64,000 nucleotides of DNA, from positions 1 to 64,000 of the IMG/VR virus record IMGVR_UViG_3300048834_000169. One strand, 5' to 3'. Below are positions 56,249 through 64,000 of the stretch, piece after piece. Both the position numbers and the translations under genes were made by a program. Every line of letters starts with the position of its first letter. The first letter of the stretch is position 1. Under the pieces are notes generated by a model. The model was not told the origin of the DNA and ran no database searches. It worked only from the letters and a program-made list of their open reading frames with translations. This DNA is from a virus.

Positions 56249-56803
56249 CTACTCGTCCAGTTTAGTTATGTCTAGGAAGTCAACTGCGTTTCTTAGTCTA
56301 ACTACGCTATCATATATTCCCAGGTGGTTCACGTATATTCTGTCTCTATATGTTACGCCGGATCTTATAACTGTACCTTCTATCATTAAGGTAGTATCGC
56401 CATCTAAAGATGCTCCAGTTATGCTTGTAATATCTATATCAGCGAAATAATAGCTGTTAGTTTGCTCTATGCCGCCCAAGTTCGCAATAAATACTTCGTT
56501 CCATTTAGGTGTAGTAATGTCCTCTACCCTATAAATGCTAAATGTGGCAGAGGCCGCGCTATCTACGCTGGCATTATCGGAGTTATACAAGTATCCGATA
56601 AGTCTAATTTTATCTAAGGTGCTGGTATCCAGTTGGGCGGCTAACTTTATTACGCGACTTCCAGTAGACAGTGCGCTATTAGGTCCAAATAGAAACTGCC
56701 ACTCTGGCGATACATTAACTATATATCTAGAGTTGTGATCTACTTTTAGCCACTGATTCTCTTCGTTATTATGTTGAGCTAATAACTTTCTAGTAACTGG
56801 CAT
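56249..56803 (-). CDS. Virion structural protein
   Basis: Beta-rich, in late operon. Confidence 0.6.
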   Translation of the reverse strand: MPVTRKLLAQHNNEENQWLKVDHNSRYIVNVSPEWQFLFGPNSALSTGSRVIKLAAQLDTSTLDKIRLIGYLYNSDNASVDSAASATFSIYRVEDITTPKWNEVFIANLGGIEQTNSYYFADIDITSITGASLDGDTTLMIEGTVIRSGVTYRDRIYVNHLGIYDSVVRLRNAVDFLDITKLDE

Positions 56804-56804
56804 A

Positions 56805-58163
56805 CTATGATCCTAGAAGCGTAAAGCCTTTATAAGCTACTCGTTCAACTCCTTGCACTACAATACCGACTTTGGCACTATAGTGGGTTAAGTCGGTGAG
56901 TAAAGCCGCGCTTACTGGTGTAGTATTAAATCTTCCGTTAACGTCGGCGGTTATGCCGGTCTCAGTAAGTCCCGCTACTGGCACCCCGTCTTTATCATAA
57001 ATCGTATAGTTTGCAGCTCCTAGATTACTAGTCTGTACGCGCCCGTTAGAAGTCTCTACCCAAAACGTAGCTTGTAGCTGGTTTAACGCGTTTATAGAGA
57101 ATGTAGCTTTGGCAAATTGTTCTGCTCTTACTGATGTCATCGGAATAAGAGATGTTCTCGCTATTCCATCAACTTCCACTGTAATTCTAGCCGTATATAA
57201 CTGTAAGGACGCGGGGTCTATTCCGGAAACTGGGGTAATTGTATATGTGCCTTGCGCGCCAGCCACTATTCCAGATTCGGATAAGCCTCCAACTATGGCA
57301 CCATCTTGATCTAGTACGTCGTATGATCCTACACCAAGTCTAGCTAATTCGGATATCTGAGTGTCTGCTTCGTCCCTTGCCCAGAATATACCGACTAAGT
57401 CGCCGCTGTTGTCGAAAGTATATTGTCCAGACGTTCCGTAGCTAGGTACTTTTTGAACAATTCCAACATTATCTGTTCTAACTTCTCCGTCGATAGATAT
57501 AGAACATTTTACTACGTAATGATCTAGGGACTCTTGTAAAGAAGATGGTACCGCGGTTATCTTAAACTGTCCGTTAGCATCGGCTGTAATACCAGATTGT
57601 GACATACCTACTACGGCCGCACCAGTCTTGTCATATACTTGGTACGAGGCAGTTCCTAGTACAGTACTGACAGACGTGGCTAGCTCCCCGTTTTTTTTAC
57701 CCCAAATAGTTCCCTGAAACTCGCCTTCCGGTGCTAAAGAAAAAGCCCCGTCCACGTCATATGTGTCGATTGCCGTTAGTACACCAGTAGAAATTACGCT
57801 CATAGAAACGGTATTGCTATCTCTGTTATTTACACCGTCTATAGCACGCACGCCAACATAATAAGTAGTCCCATTAACTAAGAACGACCCATCTGGCATA
57901 GTAAAAATGTCATACTGCAGATTTGGACTAACTGCTATGATGTTAGCGGTATTGAATAAGCCCACCGCTGAAGACGCTTGGATATAGACTTCGTATCTAA
58001 TAGGTGGGGTCGGGTCGGTGGCTGCGGACCACCCGGCTCGGATTTGGCCGCGAGACTCTACGTCCAAAAAAGTTATTCCAGCGAACGTAGGAGGCGTTAG
58101 GTCTGCTATACACGCCTCAGATGTTCCCTGATAGAAATTATTTTCTACTAGGAAATTAGCCAT
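56805..58163 (-). CDS. Virion protein with Fn3-like domain and three internal repeats
   Basis: D.TPPTFAG...WSAATD...YYVGVRA; three LG.ASY.VYD..G..V.G.SESGI repeats. Confidence 0.7.
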   Translation of the reverse strand: MANFLVENNFYQGTSEACIADLTPPTFAGITFLDVESRGQIRAGWSAATDPTPPIRYEVYIQASSAVGLFNTANIIAVSPNLQYDIFTMPDGSFLVNGTTYYVGVRAIDGVNNRDSNTVSMSVISTGVLTAIDTYDVDGAFSLAPEGEFQGTIWGKKNGELATSVSTVLGTASYQVYDKTGAAVVGMSQSGITADANGQFKITAVPSSLQESLDHYVVKCSISIDGEVRTDNVGIVQKVPSYGTSGQYTFDNSGDLVGIFWARDEADTQISELARLGVGSYDVLDQDGAIVGGLSESGIVAGAQGTYTITPVSGIDPASLQLYTARITVEVDGIARTSLIPMTSVRAEQFAKATFSINALNQLQATFWVETSNGRVQTSNLGAANYTIYDKDGVPVAGLTETGITADVNGRFNTTPVSAALLTDLTHYSAKVGIVVQGVERVAYKGFTLLGS

Positions 58164-58165
58164 TT

Positions 58166-60226
58166 TTAACTCTCCTTAAGTCCTGGACGTGCGTCTGTGC
58201 CTGGAGGCGATGTGAAGCTATATCTTAGCAACGTACCTACTACGTTAGGGACAGTCCCTAAAAGAGTCCAAGACGTGCCGTTATCCGTTGAGTACTCAAA
58301 ATTCGCAGCGTTTGTGACTGTGTTGTGATTTACTAGCTGAACGTTAGTCAAATCATATGCTCTATAGTAAAGAGTCGGAACTGAGCTAGTGTAGGCTTTT
58401 TTAAGTCTAAATGCTGTCCGAGATGGAACACCATTGTCTGAAAAATCGTCTGAGAATTCCCAATTATCGGAAATCTCTGTGTTAGATTCAAAGCCTAAAA
58501 AGAATTCGCATAATTGAGCGGGTATAGATGTGTCTAGTCCCAAGGTAGCAAAATTAATCTTAAACTGAACTTGTTCGCCAGAAGCGACAGCAGTAAGATC
58601 CTCTGCAAATCCAATAGGGAGCCATCCTCCAGAAATAGAGCCAAATCCCGAAGTTCTGTAGAATACTTCTAGGCTTCCAGTGTCATCATATAGTTTATCT
58701 ATAGTAGTAATAAATTTATAAACAGAATTAGGCGTATCTAGCACTTTAGTTACGACAAATGAGTAGTCAAATACAGAATCTGATCTTAGGTCTGCCAATA
58801 TAACTCCGCGCTGGCCTGCAGTGGCTCCAGTTTGAAGCACAAGCCACCCATCTTCTACATCTATAGCGCCTACTGTTAGTGTACCTACTGGTACGGCGTC
58901 ACTAGTTGTGGCCTCTCTGTATATATTGTTAGATCCGCCAAATATATCGTCAATGCTGTTATTAACTACTTGCTTAATCACGAATATATTTGTATTTGTA
59001 AGATATACGGCCCTATCTAAAACGTTAGACCAAGTTGCTAAAGTTAGTGCGGGGGTTACTATTTGGTTTACAGTGCCTAAAAGATTAGCTGCAACTAATG
59101 ACGGCCATGTTACTGCCCCTGACGTTAACTCAGATATTTGCCCTAAATATAAGGAAGTACTAGTGCAGAAAAATATACAAGGCTGACCTGCATTAGTTGT
59201 GTGGTTAGGTACTGCATAATCTTCTGAGTCGGAGATGATAAGCGTCCCGGTCAGCGCGGGTAAGTTACCTGTCTTGTGTACCCACGCAGAGCCTGTAGTT
59301 CCAAAAGCTCTGCAAACATCCGCAGTACCGGCTAAGGTTATGTTGATTGCGGCGCCCCCTGAAGTGGCAGATACTTGAAAGTCGTTTACCGTACTATTTC
59401 TAACAAAATATACAGTATTATTAGAAAGTCCTGTTCCGCCCACTAGACTGCTAATAAAAATAGGAGTGTTATCTACGTAACCATGTGCAGTTATTGTAAT
59501 CCTATCTGTAATATCGTCTATAGTTCCAGAAGAAACTGGGCAGTCTAGTGTTGCGTTGGTAGAATACACGTAGAATTGATGCGTAGCCGAGATTCCATTA
59601 TGGACATAAATATTATTATTAGGTAGGTCAAGCGTGATGCCGGCGGTCTGTATATTTAATTGACCTACTCCGATATTTGACGGGTCTTGAAGTAGATATG
59701 TAGCCTTTTGATCAGACCCTGTAGCATTAGGGAATAAAGTTCCAGGACCAACGGCTACAAAGTCAGCTAAGTTTACATTATTTACACAGTAAAGTCCTCC
59801 GTTAATCGACACGTTAGCCGTAGTAGCTAGGAATATTCTCCACCCAGTAGTACCACTATCTACTACTTTAAGGCCGCGCATAACGTGTGTAGACGATGCT
59901 ATGTCTGCAATTTGCATCCTTATGGTTCCTATAAAAGTAGGTGATCCAGTAGTTAAATCAACAGTGTGTAAGCTAACGTTAACTATGCCTCCAGCCTCCG
60001 CGCCGATTGAAAATAAGCGGCCATTAGGGGACATGTAAGTCAATAAAGGTACTACACTAGAAGAGGCTGCGGTATCCGCTACAGTATCAACATATTTATT
60101 AAGTGGAGGCCCTAATGCGTCATCTCCGCCTATGCTCTTAACTTGAGCCCTACCTTGAACGGTAGTCTTAGTTTGATCATATGTTCCAACTACATCGGCT
60201 AATAAGTCTGCTTTTACGTATTTCAT
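58166..60226 (-). CDS. Large beta-rich virion protein
   Basis: T/G/S/V-rich; AHGY....I...GL...VYFV domain. Confidence 0.65.
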   Translation of the reverse strand: MKYVKADLLADVVGTYDQTKTTVQGRAQVKSIGGDDALGPPLNKYVDTVADTAASSSVVPLLTYMSPNGRLFSIGAEAGGIVNVSLHTVDLTTGSPTFIGTIRMQIADIASSTHVMRGLKVVDSGTTGWRIFLATTANVSINGGLYCVNNVNLADFVAVGPGTLFPNATGSDQKATYLLQDPSNIGVGQLNIQTAGITLDLPNNNIYVHNGISATHQFYVYSTNATLDCPVSSGTIDDITDRITITAHGYVDNTPIFISSLVGGTGLSNNTVYFVRNSTVNDFQVSATSGGAAINITLAGTADVCRAFGTTGSAWVHKTGNLPALTGTLIISDSEDYAVPNHTTNAGQPCIFFCTSTSLYLGQISELTSGAVTWPSLVAANLLGTVNQIVTPALTLATWSNVLDRAVYLTNTNIFVIKQVVNNSIDDIFGGSNNIYREATTSDAVPVGTLTVGAIDVEDGWLVLQTGATAGQRGVILADLRSDSVFDYSFVVTKVLDTPNSVYKFITTIDKLYDDTGSLEVFYRTSGFGSISGGWLPIGFAEDLTAVASGEQVQFKINFATLGLDTSIPAQLCEFFLGFESNTEISDNWEFSDDFSDNGVPSRTAFRLKKAYTSSVPTLYYRAYDLTNVQLVNHNTVTNAANFEYSTDNGTSWTLLGTVPNVVGTLLRYSFTSPPGTDARPGLKES

Positions 60227-60236
60227 TTAAGTCCTC

Positions 60237-61202
60237 TTAAGGTAATATTGCCCAGTCTATACTGTCACGTCGGTAGTTTACTCCAACTAGTGTATAAGTA
60301 AAGGTCTTCCTAGCAATTATACCAGGAAACGTGGCACTTGTATAGTCAATTTGTGTAACTCTTTGATTTTTAGTTCCAAAATCCGCATAAGTTATATCTT
60401 GTTCTCTATCATGTGCTGCTAATATTTGTTGACGAACGTTATATACGAATGGGTATTCAGTACCTGATGGGGTACCGTCTATAGTACCTGATATCTTAAT
60501 AGGCTCGGAGCTTATCGTGACTGGTATTGCTGGCTGATCTGAGGCTAGTACTACGGACATACTAGCGGCTGAGGCTAACTGCCCAATAGAGTCAGGTATT
60601 CCAGCTTCTATCGCGTCTAGTATTGTAATTTGAGCATCTTGCTTGGCTTCTGTTGCTGCTCCGGCGGGTAGTGGAAGAGTGCCAGATACGTTTACATCTA
60701 TCGCTGGCTGGTCTGAAGCTAACACAACAGACACGCTATTAGCTGCCGTGAGTTGTCCTAGAGTGGTCGGTAGTTGATTTGATATGGCTGTTAGTGTTGT
60801 ATTGGCTGCCTGTAACTCTGTTACTGCGTCTACGTCTATAACTCTAAGTTTTAGATCCGACCCTACTACTAAAGCGTGTTTTGTGCCTGTCTGCGTGCCA
60901 TCTTCAGAGCCTACTATTAATACGTTATCGGCTGGCACTTTCGTAAAAGAATCTAGGGTTACGGAGACCGAGCCACCACCTCCAGCAATAATGTTCACAT
61001 CTAAGCCAGTTTTAGGGCCTATCGTAGTCGCTGTTATTAGGCTTACACCGTCCCCTAATCTAATAGAGTCCGTAGTATGGTCTATCGCTACTTCTAGATC
61101 ACCGCCTAATGTTATATTAGCGCCTATATCTACACGCAGTCGATTCAGTACTTGATCGTATACTGCTTGTATTATCTGACCTTGGTCTAGTAAAGATGGC
61201 AT
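60237..61202 (-). CDS. Virion fibre-like protein
   Basis: GQLxxAxSxSVVLASDQ repeats, LPLPAGAATEAKQ. Confidence 0.65.
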   Translation of the reverse strand: MPSLLDQGQIIQAVYDQVLNRLRVDIGANITLGGDLEVAIDHTTDSIRLGDGVSLITATTIGPKTGLDVNIIAGGGGSVSVTLDSFTKVPADNVLIVGSEDGTQTGTKHALVVGSDLKLRVIDVDAVTELQAANTTLTAISNQLPTTLGQLTAANSVSVVLASDQPAIDVNVSGTLPLPAGAATEAKQDAQITILDAIEAGIPDSIGQLASAASMSVVLASDQPAIPVTISSEPIKISGTIDGTPSGTEYPFVYNVRQQILAAHDREQDITYADFGTKNQRVTQIDYTSATFPGIIARKTFTYTLVGVNYRRDSIDWAILP

Positions 61203-61275
61203 ATCAATAACTTAGCTTATAGAACAGCTTATAGCCTCCTCAAATAGCAAAGGGTTATGTCACCCATATCCAGCC

Positions 61276-63321
61276 TTATCCTTGTGGATCTGTGTTAGCT
61301 GGGTTAGTTGGTAAATTCTGAAATGGAGCTGGTGGAGTGGGCATTTGTGGTGCCGCTATTTCCTGGCCTGCTGCAAAGTTAGTCTGAGCTTCCATAGCTT
61401 CGGGAATCATCTCAGCGCCTTCCATAGCCTCTTGGGTAGGGCCTTGCGGTGCTTGTGGTCCAGGAGCTCCTTGAGGAGGCATGGGCGGCTGTAAGGGCGG
61501 CAACGCTTGCTGACGAGTTACTGCAAGTACGCCAGGATCGGTATTTCTTAGGAGCTCAATATGTTCCTGGATGTGAGACAGGACCACTTCTACTAGCTGC
61601 TCATCGTTTCTAAGATCGGGGTCGGCCAGCAATGCTTTGTGCTCTTGAATATGGAGTGCGTGGTTATCTAGGCTAAGGGCCCTAGCATAAGTCCCGTCCA
61701 TCATTTTCTCATTCTCAGATTTAACTAGTAACAGCTCTGCTTGATCGCCTTCTGTCATTGAATCTAATCTACCGGTGTTCAGCACCGTAAAATATTGATC
61801 AACGTTCTTTACTAGCCCCATCTGGATTAGTTGATTGGCGATCTCTGCGCGTCCTGCAGTAGTCTTAGCTAAGGCATTAGAGACTTCTACAGCGACCCTA
61901 CCTATTTGTAGCAGATCTTTTGAGGAGAATTCTTTTAAATACGCTCTTTGTGACTTGCCTACGATAGCCGCTACTCTAGGGTATTTAGCGTAGTCTTGTA
62001 ACGTTTGAATTACGCCATTTCCGATATTCTCAATAGCCTTAACGTACGAATGCTGAAGAAGTGATGAGAATTGAACAGCTTGCGCCTGAATAAGGGCTAG
62101 CGAGCTAGCAGATCGAAGGCTAGCCTCTGGCTGCCCTCTGGTTACACTATTAATTCCGGAGATAGTCTCCATTTGCTGCTCAAGAATCTTAATCATCTCA
62201 AAGATTTCAGCGGGAGTCTGGGTCAAGTTAAGAGCTTCTGGCTTAGCATTATTGAGAGCATTATATTCGATTAGGTTAAGGCCGCCAGCTAACTGTGTCC
62301 ATGTAAAGTCTGCGCCCTTAGGTACAAGTACGTTCTGTACTCCAAATGCGTTCTGGTTAGTAATAATAGTGCTATACAACATGTTGATAGCTTCTTGAAT
62401 AGGTAGAAGGTCAAACATTACAGTATAGCCAAAAGGACTTCCTAAGATATTCTCAGGAGAAATTCGATATATTGGCGTTTCTCTATAAGGGAGTGGACCG
62501 TCATACAAGATAGCTTCAGGGGTTACGAATACTATGTAGCGACCATCTGGAAGAGCATCGTTTTTGTTATGGAAGAACTCGTACACTGGAACGTCATCAG
62601 TCTTTTCCATATTAAAGCTTCCAGACTTTAACTCGCCCAGATCATCTTTAGATGGAGCACTTAGAATTTGATCTTCGATTTCAGGATATTTAGCTGCTAA
62701 TGCGAACTTATTCTTATATGATCTGACGATAAGCCAATCATGGCTGGCAGTATCTTCTTTAGATGGGTCTCGAATAACGTCTAATGGGGATACGTTAGTG
62801 AACTCTAGGTCACCCTCGTAAAAGCGCTCGCCGCTATTCTCGTCCTGCTCAAACATTTGACCGGCAGTAGCGTTCCAGCCGAGACGAATATATCCTTCAC
62901 CAAATACGATGGCATATTCAGTAGCCTTACTGACATACGACTCTAAATTCTTTTCTCTGAAGTAGTACTCCAAAAGTCCATCTGCTAGTATGGTTTGAGA
63001 CTGCGATCTTACGTCTGTATTAATAGCGCGTGTTTTAAGACTAGGGCGATTAGCCGTAGTCATATTTAGCAAGTGCCTGGCGATGTTTCTATAGTGGTTT
63101 ACTGGGAATCGTACAAGTTCGTTCTGCTCGCCAGTAAAGCTCAATCCGTGATCTCCTGATCCAGAAGTGAAGTTACCGTGATAAAACGACCAACTACGGC
63201 GAAGCTTGTCTACGTATTCGTTGGCTAATGCGCTCGAGCCCCAATCTTGGGCCTTGTGATAGATCTCTGAAACGGCCTCTTTTGAGGGTAAAGCTGCGAA
63301 ATATTTGTCTTTATTAGCCAT
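61276..63321 (-). CDS. Portal protein (P22-like)
   Basis: 681 aa directly after terminase; DLLPIQEAIN, ISGINSVTRG; Pro/Gln-rich C-terminus. Confidence 0.88.
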   Translation of the reverse strand: MANKDKYFAALPSKEAVSEIYHKAQDWGSSALANEYVDKLRRSWSFYHGNFTSGSGDHGLSFTGEQNELVRFPVNHYRNIARHLLNMTTANRPSLKTRAINTDVRSQSQTILADGLLEYYFREKNLESYVSKATEYAIVFGEGYIRLGWNATAGQMFEQDENSGERFYEGDLEFTNVSPLDVIRDPSKEDTASHDWLIVRSYKNKFALAAKYPEIEDQILSAPSKDDLGELKSGSFNMEKTDDVPVYEFFHNKNDALPDGRYIVFVTPEAILYDGPLPYRETPIYRISPENILGSPFGYTVMFDLLPIQEAINMLYSTIITNQNAFGVQNVLVPKGADFTWTQLAGGLNLIEYNALNNAKPEALNLTQTPAEIFEMIKILEQQMETISGINSVTRGQPEASLRSASSLALIQAQAVQFSSLLQHSYVKAIENIGNGVIQTLQDYAKYPRVAAIVGKSQRAYLKEFSSKDLLQIGRVAVEVSNALAKTTAGRAEIANQLIQMGLVKNVDQYFTVLNTGRLDSMTEGDQAELLLVKSENEKMMDGTYARALSLDNHALHIQEHKALLADPDLRNDEQLVEVVLSHIQEHIELLRNTDPGVLAVTRQQALPPLQPPMPPQGAPGPQAPQGPTQEAMEGAEMIPEAMEAQTNFAAGQEIAAPQMPTPPAPFQNLPTNPANTDPQG

Positions 63322-63335
63322 ATTATTGCCTACCT

Positions 63336-64000
63336 TTATTTGTTTATCTTGTTTTTAACGAACATGCTCTTGACGGCTTGGGCGGTAGAACTCAAGTAAT
63401 CCGCGCTTTTACCGAACATATTGAACGCTTGTAGCGATCTTTCAGTGGGGTATGGATTTTTATGCCACTGTACATTTCTAACTAAGTAAATTAGCGCAGC
63501 TAGTAAATCCTGGTGACCGCCCTGGTCAGTTCGTTCAAATGTCTTGCGGTTCTTACTCCAAGTTGCTGATTTAAGCTGGTATATTAGATTCGCGCATTTT
63601 GGGTTAATGATAATATTCTCGTCAGCTAGGCGAATTCGCACGTCGTTAATGGCTGCTTCGCGGTTATCTTTTCTAGTTGGAATAAATATGAGTCCGTGCT
63701 GTCTTTGGAGGTCGTTTAGTGTTATTAGGTCGTCGTCGGATACTCTTAAGTACGCTGGCTTTGATTCTTTGGAGATGGGGTCTATCCATAGGGATGCCTC
63801 CTTCTCTTTTACTTTATTAGCTAGATTTTTTACTGTAACTTCTTGCCCGTTCATCCACATTTCATCTTCTATTACAAGCTTATTCTCTCTAAAATCATAG
63901 TATGCAAATAAAGCTGCAGTATAATCTACAAAGCCTAAGTCTAGACTGGTATATGCGTCGTAATGCGCTGGCCTAACCCAAGTTTTAATTACCCTCGATG
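63336..64000 (-). CDS. terL: Terminase large subunit, C-terminal nuclease domain (5' truncated)
   Basis: Frame open to the window end; SLDLGFVDYTA, INPKC.NL, GHQDLLAALIY. Confidence 0.88.
   Translation of the reverse strand, partial: SRVIKTWVRPAHYDAYTSLDLGFVDYTAALFAYYDFRENKLVIEDEMWMNGQEVTVKNLANKVKEKEASLWIDPISKESKPAYLRVSDDDLITLNDLQRQHGLIFIPTRKDNREAAINDVRIRLADENIIINPKCANLIYQLKSATWSKNRKTFERTDQGGHQDLLAALIYLVRNVQWHKNPYPTERSLQAFNMFGKSADYLSSTAQAVKSMFVKNKINK

Noticed and set aside
28064-63900. Numerous plus-strand ORFs in the virion module (e.g. 41732..42349, 51057..51497)
   Set aside because: Antisense shadows of long minus-strand genes, with no SD or recognisable motifs.
1-64000. Stop-codon reassignment (TAG) suggested by TAG richness
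   Set aside because: Long conserved genes are intact under the standard code and several end at TAG. The only fragmented gene is explained by introns.

Overview
The window is a continuous segment of a tailed dsDNA bacteriophage genome with podovirus-like (P22-type) head and ejection genes. No host genes, rRNA, tRNA or CRISPR array are visible. Positions 1-9.4 kb hold small accessory genes. These include three ankyrin-repeat genes and an alliinase/TAA1-like PLP enzyme. Positions 9.4-27.8 kb hold replication, recombination and nucleotide genes: PolA, an intein-containing AEP primase-DnaB helicase, SSB, a strand-annealing protein, a PD-(D/E)XK exonuclease, RecA, a T5 A1-like phosphoesterase, dNMP kinase and RuvC, plus two more ankyrin genes. 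Positions 27.7-64 kb are a minus-strand virion module: terminase, portal, scaffold, major capsid, endolysin, fibres, adaptor/nozzle and ejection proteins. Main observations: (1) five dispersed ankyrin genes are built like a natural DARPin library from one near-identical 90-bp module, with variation concentrated at binding-surface codons and shared codon haplotypes between loci; (2) the major capsid gene is split by three tandem group I introns with 23-nt and 13-nt micro-exons, reconstructed by hand to a 409-aa ORF with P1/P10 pairings; (3) a plant-type alliinase/TAA1-like aminotransferase; (4) a recurring AACAAAT motif before late genes and a structured capsid leader. Family assignments come from motif recognition only; no database search was run.
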